Assembly (NCBI RefSeq): GCF_964355755.1
Contig: NC_092676.1
Coordinates: 5,681,888 to 5,745,887 of the forward strand
Direction of reading: 5' to 3'
Source: Antedon mediterranea
Taxonomy: Eukaryota > Animalia > Echinodermata
DNA: 64,000 nt
Part shown: positions 27,850 to 40,100 of the stretch, piece by piece
How the letters are laid out: the number at the start of each line of letters is the position of its first letter
How positions within the stretch are numbered: position 1 is the stretch's first letter
Made by a program: the position numbers and the translations under genes
The notes under the pieces: generated by a model
Database searches by the model: none
What the model saw: the letters and a program-made list of their open reading frames with translations, nothing else
Told to the model about the DNA's origin: nothing

Positions 27850-30307
27850 TAGTACAGGAAAGATATGCTCAGAATCAGTAAAAGGTTGAAAAAATTGCAA
27901 CAGAATTTTTTTCACCACAATGCATTTCTGTAAGGTCCCTATATGAACATACTAAAAGTCTAGAAAAATCCAGGTAGGGGAAATAGGTTTTTTTTAAACA
28001 AAATGGCCGCCAATGGTGAAAAATGTCTAAAAATGAACAAAAAACATATATTGTATATCTAATTACCACTTGATAGCAGTTTTTATAATGCTTTTTATAT
28101 TTCTTTAGTGTCAAACATTTAAACTGCAATATACATATTAATTTAAGTGCTATTTAGCAGCAAAAACACACATTTAAGTATCAAGATATCACCACGGTTA
28201 TAATAACAGACAACGTAGTCCTATGCATTATAATGCAGGACTACGGTGTCTAATAAAACAGTTCATTTACAATAGAATTATACAACCTTACAATCTATTA
28301 ATCCATTCATTTTCATTGTCCAGTTTTTATCATCCTCTGTCTATAGGTAGGAATTAAGCATGTGCTGATGATGCCGTGGTATTCGTCACAAACAGTGGTA
28401 ACTGGTGGTAAATTTATCATCAATGGACACATCACGCCATTTGTAACTTTCCATCCCCCAGTCTGTGGGTTGAAGAGTATTTTCTATCCACTGCTGTACC
28501 ATGGTAATATACACACGCAGGGAATGCCATTTTGCAGCATTTGTTGTTGGGGGGAATAGACTTTATTTCAAGTGCTGTTTTGCTTTTTGCTACTTTCTCC
28601 CAGAACGTATTCCTCCATAGCGCTACCAATGCCAATTCCTCTGATGCGATGGTTTCTTTTTTTTTGGAGACGTTTGGTTTTACAGTGTTTGTAAGCATAC
28701 TACTGCCCAGGTGTTATGACTTTTTAAGACTAACACCTTTTTTTTACCAAATAGATGGGATGTAGCAACACATCCCTGGATTCCATTTATAAAAAGCAAA
28801 TTAATTTTTACAGAGCTTCACACCAAGGAAAGACTTTACATGCATTCACAGTGCTCCCCCATCGAGAACATACAGTATTAAATCAATGAATGAAGCAACC
28901 GTGACAGAATATTAATTTAAGAGGAAAGAACATATTATTACACATGGGTCAAAATCAACCATATTCATCAATAGAGAAGCAGTGCACATTCCCTCACATA
29001 TACTATTTCATCATTGATGGCTATGTGAGACAGTCATACACAATGCATCATTTGTTGAAAAAGAACCTTGTACTTTTCCTGCAGCCCTTTTTTACTCCAT
29101 TGACTCCATACACACTGCTAGACTACTCAGAAACCTTCATCTCACTGCCCACTGTATGTTATCAATGGGGGAGCACTGCTACATCAAACCTCTTGGCCCG
29201 AAACAGCAACATTTCAAGACATTTATTATGTACCATGTATGTTTGTTACGTTATTTGAAGGCAGAGTAAACTCTTGTGTTTAATGGCTATAATTATGGGC
29301 CGTAAGTAAATTTGGTTTAGGAAAAGGTGTTAGTCTTAAAAATCATCACAGTTGGAGTTGTATGTCAAATTTTGTAAACCAAACAGTTTCCAAAAAAAGA
29401 GAAAACATTGCATCAGGAATTTGGCATTGGTAGCTATATATGGAGGGAAGTCAATGGAGACTTTAGACAGCCTACTTTTCTTTGAGAAAGTTGCAAAAAG
29501 CAAATCTATTCCCTTGCTGCAAAATTTTATTTCGTGAGTCTTTATTACCAGGTATAGCAGTGGATAGGAAATACTCTTTAACCCACAGACTAGGGATGGA
29601 AAGTATTGATGACAAATTTACTCCCAGCACCAGAGAAACTATTAAAGTTGATTAGATGTACCTGAAATAAGGTTGTAGTAAAATGAATTGCAGTTGCAGA
29701 AAATATGGTTTGGACTGCTGCTCCACTATTTTTTAAGAGTGCCACGGCATCAGCACATGCTCAATTCCCCACCAATAGACTCCCTCACCCTTCCCATATG
29801 ATCTCCCATCCCTATACCCCTCCCCACTGGCACCACCATATGTTGTAATATATTGTTAATAACAGTACAAATGTAAATGAACTGATTTATTATATAGACA
29901 CCGTAATCCTATGCATTAAGCATAGAAAGGACTGCGTTTTATGTATTATAACAATAGAGATATATCTAGATACTTAAACATTTGTTTTGCGGCCATTTTC
30001 TAATTAACAGCACTTAAAATAATGTGTATATTGTAGTTCAGATCTTCGAAACTGTAAAGAAATATAAAAATCATTGTAAAAACCGCTATAAAGTGGTAAT
30101 TAGATCTACTATTTATGTTTTTTTGTCTTTTTTTAGGCATTTTCTACATTGGCGGCCATTTTGTTTAAAAAAAACTATTTCCCCTACCTGGATTTTTCTA
30201 GACTTTTAATATGTTCATATAGGGACCTTATAGAAATGCATTGTGGTGAAATAAATTCTGTTGCAATTTTTTCAACCATATTTCATAGTTTTCCTGTAGG
30301 CCTACTA
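27850..30307. mobile_element. Academ-like (AcademX) non-autonomous DNA transposon with very long inverted arms
   Basis: Termini TAG...CTA flanked by ttc on both sides (3-bp TSD). 27884-28270 is an inverted copy of 29870-30277. Decayed coding remnant at 29580-29770 reads PTD*GWK...APEKLLKLIRC...CSKMNCSCRKYGLDC...ECHG, like the Cys-rich C-terminal zinc finger of AcademX proteins. Confidence 0.75.
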
Positions 30308-30373
30308 TTCATGTCTTAATAATTATGATTTTCATTATTAATTTTAAAAATCGTCATCGTCCGTGTGAATGTA

Positions 30374-30505
30374 AAGCTCTGTCTACACTATCAAACTAGT
30401 TTGACACAAAAGGTGTGGTATGCCCAAATAATGGTAGTGATATGCCCACAAATGGTATAGTGATATGACTTCATCATGTCCAAATGAGCACATCACATTT
30501 TTTTT
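30374..30505. mobile_element. Palindromic MITE family A, copy 5 (right-truncated)
   Basis: aagctctgtctacactatcaaactagtttgac start; the right TIR is missing. Confidence 0.8.
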
Positions 30506-30519
30506 GGAAAAAGCTTTAC

Positions 30520-31060
30520 CTGGGTAAAAACTAAGCCGGGCCCTATAATTTGAGTGAGTATACGAACTTTGGTAAACTGTATATATACAATATTTCGTCT
30601 TGGGAACATCAACAAATTCAGGATTACAAAAATTTACGTTAAAAAATACATCATGGGGTGCACGGTAACCCCTTCTTTCTACTTTTCTACTAGACTAGTA
30701 TAGAAGCAACAGAAGACAGAAAACATCTTGATATACCGTGTGGAGCAATGCGCGTGATCGTCTAAAAGCAGGTGGTAGCATTGGCGAAACAGGATCGACC
30801 AAGCTCACGATATAGCTGTATTTTAAAATTCCTTTTTGATAACTAAAATTATAAAACAAATCAAAATGGTTTTCGTAATGCTGTTTTAATAGTAATAATA
30901 AATACTAATAATAATAATAATGGTCGAATAACAGTATATAATATAATCGGAAGTTTGATTAAATACTCTTTATGTTTTTCGCATAAAAAATCTTACAAAA
31001 GTAGTAAAAATCATTAACAAACAACATTAATCATTTCTTAGTCTACTTTATCTACTGTTT
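30520..31060. repeat. Diverged third copy of the LGR 3'-flank (cf. 34775-35280 and 49955-50455)
   Basis: Shared collinear blocks: aagacagaaaacatctt(g/a)atataccgtgtggag, ctcacgata, atcgga(a/g)gtttgattaaatactc, aatcttac..aagtagta. Confidence 0.7.
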
Positions 31061-32746
31061 CTGCTGCATCAACATAACCGGTTAAAATCGGTGTGAATAA
31101 ATTAACTCCATTTTCTTAGGAGTAGAAACAGGACAAATTTGTGGTGACAGCGCAAAATAACCTGTTCAATTCGGTGTTAGACGCCGTTTAACCGGTTATC
31201 GCTGGGAAACTTTTAGCTGCAACACAAAATAACGGTTATTGACACACGGCAGTAACGTTTGAATTAACCGCCAGGACCAATTGCATTTTGGGTGATTCTA
31301 ACGATTTTTTTTCAACTATCACCCATGATTTAACCGGTTATTTCGGAGCACAAAAAAAAGGGTCATAGATATGATATAAAGAGTATATCCGACAGAGATC
31401 CTTTCAAATGTTAAGGGTTTAAAAAAATGTTGTAGGCATTAATGGCCAATGAAATTAACTTATACCAACTTTGAACCATAAAAAAAAAGAGTTTCTTGGA
31501 ATTACAATTAGGCCTAAGCGAATAACAAAAAAATGTGAGAAGGTGGTATCTGCAAAGTTAGAAAACAATGAATGAACAAAATTATTGCTATATTCTTAAT
31601 AATGTATAGAGGGCGTTACATTATGGCTCATTTTGATTCATATCTATATAAAACAAGCTTATGACGATTATTTTTATGTTTTTCTTTTAATTAAAAGAAA
31701 AATTATTTTGTTTCAGTTTTAGGTAGGGAAGTAGTTAAAAGTAAACAAAATTGATTGGTAAGCAGGAGTTCAAATTAACAGAAAAAAAAATACAAGTGTA
31801 AATCAGTGTAAGAAATAAAATTGACGCAGGTATAACAATCACATGTGTATTTCTAATATGAATTTAGGTGTTATTATGACTTATGCATATAACATAATGG
31901 ATTTGATGAAGTAACGATCGTCGTAAACAAAGTTAAAAATACGCAGGTGGAACGTCATTTCCACGTCAGCCAATCAACGACTGACAACGGTAAATGAAGA
32001 TTCAGCCAATAAAATTTAAGCAAAAGCATGTTAATGTTTTAGTGAAATATGTTAAGGTCATTATCAAATCCATTTTGCTATGTGCATAATTGATAACAAT
32101 GCACTAACATTATTCTCATTTTCCTGTGTCACAACTTTAATCCTGTTGGAAATAAGTCCTTGTGTACAGTACTTTGATATTTTGTCTTGGCTTATATATA
32201 CGTTGTGTTGACGTTAATAAGAAAAATGACTCTGTTCAACTACTTTGCGCCTTTTTTGTTTTGTTTGATGCTCTTAAAAAATTAAATGTATAACATGTCT
32301 CCGTCTATTTAAAGACTTATAGTAGCTCTATATGTCTCTAATTATAATCCTTCCAACTAAAGACCGGCACTAGAGATGGTCTTTAAATTACCATATTTAG
32401 ACGTCAAATAAAGATTTTATCAAAATGGTTATTTTGCATTAGAAGGATGAGGGTAAATGTAATCAGGTTGGTTTATCTGTCCTGCTGTCCATTTGTGTGA
32501 TTTTTTTCCTCCAATTTTCACAATGACTGTTGACTTGAAAATGCATTAATAAGTTTATTTTAAAGTGGTCTTTAATTATAGGCAACATTTGAACGAAAAT
32601 GTTCAGTTGGATACAACCCAATTAGCGTCCAAAATAATAATAAGAGAGTGGAGGAGGGCGTAGATAATTGTACAGCGATCTGATTGAAGTTATTCTTTAC
32701 TTGGAGGTAGATTGTGTTATATACGCGATTTAGTAAGTACTATTAA

Positions 32747-33280
32747 AGATGTAATGTCCCGCTGAAAATATATATATTTTTTTCACAATTTTTGGTTGAA
32801 TATGCCATTTTAATGTCACATAATAGTTATCCATTTTGACCAAAAATTGGATTAAAAAAAATTATTTATCTGAAAAAGACTGTAATTTAAAGCAAAAATA
32901 GTCAAATTGGCTGCCAGCCATAGGATTTTTGGTTTATTTATATTATTTATTTATTTTATAAGTGAAAACATTGTTTTTTCCCCGTTTTTCTACTGAAGTC
33001 ATTTAAGGGCCTTTCACACCTGCTCCGGCACGGTTCCGGTCCGGCGACGGCAAATCCAATCGAACGTCAATTTTTCGTTTTTACGCGGCTACGCGCATAT
33101 CGATTGGTGCTTGGCCGCGTGGAGCGTCGTGAAAACGAAAGATTGGCGTTCGATTCGCCGGACCGGAACCGTGCCGGAACAGGTTAATCAATTAACTTTA
33201 TTAAAACTACAAAATAACCTATTAAAAGTCTTATTTTAAGTAAAATCTTCATTTTTCATGTTTTTGGGGACAGTACATCT
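32747..33280. mobile_element. Kolobok-like TIR element (family B) with nested MITE
   Basis: ttaa|agatgtaatgtccc ... gggacagtacatct|ttaa. Paralogous copy at 48679-49007; partial copy at ~15351-15640. Confidence 0.7.
33007..33184. mobile_element. GC-rich palindromic MITE (PIF/Harbinger-like), unique to duplication unit 1
   Basis: taa|gggcctttcacacctgctccggcacggttccggtccggcga ... tcgccggaccggaaccgtgccggaacaggt. The site is empty at ~48925 in unit 2. Confidence 0.7.
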
Positions 33281-34062
33281 TTAATAGTAAAGTATTATTT
33301 AAACACTGTTTTATGTTTGTACCGTATAACCTCATAATATGTATTAGTTTATTTCATCTGTTTTGTTTTACTATCAAATGTTATTTCGTTCGGACCCCAT
33401 AATTGATGCATGGCTTACACAGTTCTCATTATATAACTTACAAATTTATCCAAAGATTGTTTTATCTTTGTTTAAAGTTTGTTTTGTTGACGTTTTATAT
33501 ATTATTATAATTTTAATAAGGAGTTTTTTTATATAAGGAGTTATAGTTAACTCCTTGTTACTGTCCTGTTTCTTATTGTTTATTATCATCCTTTCCTTCT
33601 CCTACGTTTTTGTATCTCAAGTATCTCTAAAACGTGTACACATAACATTTCATAATTTTGTCAACATTTGAACATTTACATTTGTATATTGTATACCGTA
33701 TATTGATGATATGCAGTAGAAACTTCCAATAGTTAATGTTGCCCATTAAGTTGTAAGGTTGATCGTAAAAATCAAAACGATTATGAATATTATCACTAGC
33801 GTTCTGATTTTTACCAGCTTATAGCAACCCATTCAGGAATGATAACGACATCTATATGTACGGCGACTGTAGAATAGACCCGAGATATGCCATACTTCGG
33901 TTTTTAGACGATAGAAGATTGGAATATTTTGTATAATAAAGAGTGATACAATGCGTTCTGTTCGTTTTACTTTTACTAATTTTGCAAATTGCAGTATTTA
34001 CCATTATTATAAATATTGCCTGCCACGTTTTACATATTCAATATTGATCTTGACCTACCCAC

Positions 34063-34320
34063 CAAAGTTATCGATCACTCTGCTAATAATATCATGAAAC
34101 AAACTAAAGTTATCGATCACTCTGCTAATAATATCATGAAACAAACTAAAGTTATCGATCACTCTGCTAATAATATCATGAAACAAACTAAAGTTATCGA
34201 TCACTCTGCTAATAATATCATGAAACAAACTAAAGTTATCGATCACTATGCTAATAATATCATGAAACAAACTAAAGTTATCGATCACTCCGCTAATAAT
34301 ATCATGAAACAAACTAAAGT
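34063..34320. repeat. 42-bp minisatellite x6 (single copy in the paralogous region ~49803-49846)
   Basis: aaagttatcgatcactctgctaataatatcatgaaacaaact repeated six times. Confidence 0.95.
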
Positions 34321-34429
34321 CACATTCACACTAATGTTTTATTTTACGGAAGGGAAGACGGCGTCGTTATTTTTTACCAAAACGGTATCGTCTTCCGTTC
34401 CGTGAAATGGAATTTTGAATGGGAGTATT

Positions 34430-34700
34430 AAATGGAAGCAGTATCCAGATAAATAAAAACTTGTTATTCTATAACTATAAGAATAACCATATATGCTTTC
34501 TTTGATGAAAATTATATTTTCACACGTCCAATCAAATGACGTCATGATGAGTAAGAACAATAATATCGTGACAATACAACGATGTTATTGTTTTTATTTA
34601 TCATGACGTCATTTGATTGGAATTTTAAAAATATCATTTTTATCAAAGACAGCACAAATGATTATCCTATAGTTCTAGAACGGAAACCTTTCTAATTTCT
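34430..34700. repeat. Imperfect palindrome / MITE-like segment present only in unit 1
   Basis: ccaatcaaatgacgtcatgat ... atcatgacgtcatttgattgg with extended flanking IR; absent after 49935. Confidence 0.55.
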
Positions 34701-36176
34701 TTTGTTTTATGTAAAAACAATCCAAGCTTATATATTCATCGTCGATCGTTATCGTCCTGGTGTAAATGAGCCTTTACCAGGATAAATAATTAAGCCTGAA
34801 CGGGTCCTATGATTTAAGTGAATATGCGAACTTTTGTAAAAGGTACTTCAAGCTGTACCTTAAAGAAACCGAAGACAGAAAACATCTTAATATACCGTGT
34901 GGAGAAATATAGCTGTGTGTGTCCTTTGGCGAAGCAACCTCACGATAAAGAAATATTATATATATATGTTTTTGGCGAACTGTGTTGTGATGTTTTTGTT
35001 TGAAAACTCAAATTATAACACAATGCCCTCTAATTTATTTTCTTACTGCTGCTTTTAATAATAATAATAAATAGTAATGACAATTCAAATATATGGAATA
35101 TAAATAATGAAATAACAGAATACTGTATATCGGAGGTTTGATTAAATACTCCTTAAGTTGTTCGCATTTAAGTTTGGTACTCCTTAAGTTACTTTTCAAA
35201 TTCCTTAATCTTACGTAAGTAGTACGTCAAAACATTACCAAACAAAATGAATCAATTCCTTCTTCTTTAAATCTACTAAATCGTCAAATAATTAATAATA
35301 TTCAAAAATTGTCGAATTGTTTAAATCTACCTAAATCTTCACATTATTTTACGTAACGGAAAATTTCAGTAAATCGAGCATTAACTTCTTAAGTCTTTAC
35401 TCAATGTTGTAGACAATTGGTACATTACATACTTCAGAACCAATTTTTACCAATTTAAAACAACTTTGTCAAAAAATATTCGTTTTTGTGCACAAATTTT
35501 CAAACAAATAAAGATTCACAAACCCACTTATAATGTATATAAAATACAATTGAACTTCAATCGATGAAATTCAACACATTGTGATCAGATATTCAAAATA
35601 ATTAATCATTATTAAGAATGTATGTTTAAGTTTTCAGTTTAAATTTAATTCACGTTTTATCACCTTGTTCTTTTCATACCTATCTAACATACAATCATCA
35701 CCATATCTGGTTAATTTTAAATTGTCTTAGTACAGTATAAGTAAAGTGTTAAATAAAATTGACTGAGAAACAATGAAATAAAATTTGATACTTCCATAAT
35801 ATTATTTACTTGTCATATGCGTATTTAAACGTTTAGCAAATAAACATCGTTTTTACAGATGTCAAAAAACTTGATAAGTTAACTCGAGAAATTAAAAGAC
35901 ATTAAATAATTTATCAAGTGTATTGTTAAAAACCAGTGAACGTATATAGAACTGATACAATCCTAAGATATAAACAAACAGTATTTGACAATTTTAACTT
36001 AACGTTCTGTATAACATTTGAAATAGATTACAATAAATTTAAACCATTGTTGTAAAATATAATTATAATACATTTAAATCCCAAAGCGGGTGCTAAAGAT
36101 TACATGAATACGATAAATGAACATTTAATAGGCAAAAACAAGACCAAGTGTAGAGTTTGCACAATAAACAATTAAA

Positions 36177-37191
36177 TCACAATGTATTAAGTGGAATCTG
36201 TACAACTGCCGGTTGACGCACTTTGCACTTAAACATATATACAATTGTGTAAAGATAAGGATTGACTGAGGAGTTGATGGGGATGATGAATGTCGCCGCC
36301 CAAACATATATGTCATCAGGAATCGTCATCCAACCCATCTCAGAACCAATTGCCATTACTATAATCGGACCCCAGCAACAGAAATCAGTGAAAACTATTA
36401 AGCCTAGTTTCCTCGCCATTTTCAACTGTTCTTTCCTCATCTGTCGTCTATTGACAGTGGCCCCCGATCTCTTAACCGATAAGAAGATTACGAGGTAGCT
36501 CACTGTTATTACAATGAACCCGATTCCGTTAAATACAACAAACATGGCGACTGCATACTCCCAGCCTTGCCAATGACTTTTTGTCAGAGGTAGTGCGAGG
36601 CACACACTCTCTTTGCCATAGTAATTATCCCCAAAATATGAAATATCTGTTATTGGAAGAAAACTCAGCACAATCCAGAAAAGCCATGCGAAGCCGATAA
36701 TGATTCGACATTTTGTACGATTGAGGCGTTTCGTACTAAATGGATTAACAATGTTAATAGCTCGATCCACACTCAGCAGCATCAGTGTAAACACTGAGCA
36801 TTGCCCAGAGAGTGTAGAAATTGCCCCGGCAAAGCTGCAAAGGAAACTGCTCTTCCAATCCCTTGCAACTTTGGCATACCGTCCACGATAGTGTACATCC
36901 GCACTCGCAATGATGATCAAGTAGACAGCCATTAGCAAGTCAGACACGGCAAGATTAGTAATGAGTGTGGTTTGAACCTTATTTACATTGTTACCTGAAT
37001 CATTATCCTTTTTAAACTTTCGTGATATGATGACAATCAAATTTCCAATGACTGATGACACCCCAATGATCATCATCAATACACGGAGAACTTCGCTTTT
37101 TAGTAAGTCGTCACAAGAAGCAAATGCATCAACGGGTTCGCAGACATCAATGACACCAACAAGGCAACAGAGACGAGAAAAATCCGATTTC
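36177..37191 (-). CDS. LGR copy 1 terminal exon: hinge + rhodopsin-class 7TM
   Basis: LCC...CEPVDAFASCDDLL hinge, GNLIVI, NLAVSDLLM, SVDR, VCLALP, FTDFCCWGPI, INSSVNPYLYT; acceptor ctcatag, stop TGA. Confidence 0.97.
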
Positions 37192-40100
37192 CTATGAGAG
37201 TAAAGTAAACTTGGCAAATGAATTTGAATAGTTATTTTTTTCGGAGGCCCAAATTGTTACTCTTCGATCCCTAAAATAATGAGTAAAGGTTTAGAATAGT
37301 CGAAGATTAATTGTGAAAGTACATTTTTATGATACTTTCGGATAAATAAGAATAATAAAATACTATCTGTTTATAAGCATAATAACACATCGAATATCAT
37401 GATTGTAACATAGCCGAATTAACTATTAATTTTAATATATCTATTTAAATTGAACATAATTAAAACATTTACCACATTCAAATTATCAAATGTAACTTAC
37501 TTAACTAAAACACCGACATATTTAACATTCAATAAAATTATTTACTGTACATATAGCAAAGAGAATAAATACTAATAGCTGCATAAGTTTGTATGAGCAT
37601 CTCTCATACTTCTATCATACTTACAATTCTTTTAAATTGTTCAGTTCTTCAAAAGTTCTATCTCTGTAATTCTGTAAGTTCTTCCCTTGTAACCATCTAT
37701 AGGATAACACATTAGAAATGAATTAGGAACAGGCTAATACATTTTGAAAAAAGTAAAGTTTTCAAACTATGGTTTATGTATGCTTTTCTTGAAGAAAATA
37801 CATTAACTATGTATATTTTAACTGTTATGAATCCTCTTTATCTTTATCTTTGAATGTGGTCTGTATATTTTTGTATTGTTTTTAAGAGGGCCTCTTCAAG
37901 TCAGCTGTACTGCTGTAGTACTGTTAGAGCTACCCTTGTAAAACAAATTTGAATGAATAAATAAATATATTAATATTTTATTTATCTGTACATAACACTA
38001 TTCTAAATTCAAGACCCCTGATGAAAACCAAATAAACTTTATTTGTTTACTTGTTTGCGAAGTTTTCCATTCAAATTCAGTGGTTGAATACATCCGTTGT
38101 GTTCGAAGTTCTTATTATTATTGTATGTTTTTTAACGTTTTGTACTGTAAGGCCTATAGAACGGATACATATAACTATTCAAATGCAAAGCTTCCTCACA
38201 TTTTGACATTGAATCGTACAGCAAAAACTTTATTTTTTATTTTATTTGTTTACAGCAATAACTCCTTTACGGCTTCACAAGTGTGTTATAAAATCATGTT
38301 AACTTACAAACGTGAAAGTGTTGAAGCAAAAGAAGAAAATGCACCTGGTTTTATGGTAGTTATAGCGTTTTCCTGTAAATACCTGTTAAGATAACCAATA
38401 TGTATTATTACATATCTTGTTTTTCACATTACATTAAGTAAAGTACAGATACAAGTATTATTGTATTACACATTGCATAATATTCAATACTCTCCTATAC
38501 ATTAATTCCTTGTCTCTTCTGGGTATTTTTTTTTTAATAAGGGGACAAAAAGTTTACTTTTTTATTGAATCTCATCAAATAATTGTTTGTTAATTATTGT
38601 TTGTTAATCTTAATATTCAATTGATTTTTTTACAACAATTGATAACACAGTGATTAGTAGACTGGTTATAATACAACAAATGTAAATTAGACTGGATCAT
38701 ATAGAAAGTAGTTCTGTTTCTGGGATGTACGTTTATTATATATATATGAATATTATCTACATAGTAAATTCTGATGGCCTGGGTATACTTTAATCAGGCT
38801 TAAATATATGTTTTATTTTGTTATTCTCATAAACACAATTTTTATAGGAAATCATAACAATTTGTTATCATCTTTATGTATTTAATAATACATAAAGATG
38901 ATAACAAATTGTTATGATTTCCTATTATTTAATTTACCTAAATAATGACCAATACACAATTATTAATATCTTTAAACAATGAATAATTTAATGAAAATTG
39001 TTAATACTGTATGTGATTTTTTTTTAAATACTGTTTTTTGATCAAATTATGAATGATAAACTGCATAATATTCATTATTATGAATTATTTCATTTGTTTT
39101 CTTTTTAAATAAATTAAAACAAACAAATTAATTTTAGAAAAATACTTACAGTTCTGTCAGTGCTGTCAATCTATCAAATACATTGGCTGGCAATGTACTT
39201 ATTTGGTTGCTGCTCAAACTCCTTCAAAATAAAAGAAAGGTACAGTAACAACTACAATATTCAAGTTGTTTTAAATGTCAACTTTTATTTTCGAAATACA
39301 TTTTGAATTATTTTAATAGTCTTTCAGTCAATGATAGGGACATTATCTACATAGTAAATGCTGACAAGTATTCTTTAATTAGGCAAAAATTAACTGTTAA
39401 AATAATAATGTGTTATTCTCATTATCACAAATTCTATAGAAAATTTTAAATATTTATTATCATCCAAATGTATTTAACATTTTATGTATTTAATTAAATC
39501 TCTAATGATCAATGAACAATTATAGATAATCTTTAAAAAATGAATAATTTATTAATAATGGTTAAATAATGTTACTGCATAATATTAAATGCTGATAAGT
39601 ATTCTTTAATTAGGTAAAAATTAACTGTTAAAATAATAATGTTTTATTCTCATTATCACAAATTCTATAGAAGATTCTTAATATTTATTATCATCTTAAT
39701 GTCTTTATCATTTTTATGTATTTAATTAAATCTCTTTAAATAATGATCAATGAACAATTATTGATAATCTTTAAAAAATTAATAATTTAATAACAATGCC
39801 AACAGCCATAAGTTGCGTAATAATATGCATAGTGATACCGGACCGACAGACCGACAGACCGACAGACAGACCGACCGACATAGGGAACTATAGAGTCGCG
39901 TCCACGCGACTAATAATGGTTAAATAATGTTACTGCATAATATTCAGTATTATAAATTATTTTATTATTTATTTTAAAACAAATTAAACGAAGGAATTAA
40001 TATGAGTCAAAATACTTACAGCTCTGTCAATGCTGTCAATCTATCAAATACATTGGCTGGCAATGTACTTATTTGGTTACCCCACAAATCCCTTCAAAGT

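Noticed and set aside
34016-34405. 129-aa repeat protein (TKVIDHSANNIMKQ)n
   Set aside because: Translation of a 42-bp minisatellite with a non-ATG start; single unit in the paralogous region.
36262-37197. + strand ORFs overlapping the 7TM exons (also 51420-52355, 38080-38394, 53238-53555)
   Set aside because: Antisense shadows of real exons.
36177-37217. ORF-track start MPSLLYSHR as the GPCR N-terminus (and MMMII at 52237 for copy 2)
   Set aside because: Sequence above 37191 is intron (acceptor ctcatag), and a 2-nt indel there in copy 2 breaks the extension. Both ORFs are terminal exons, not single-exon genes.
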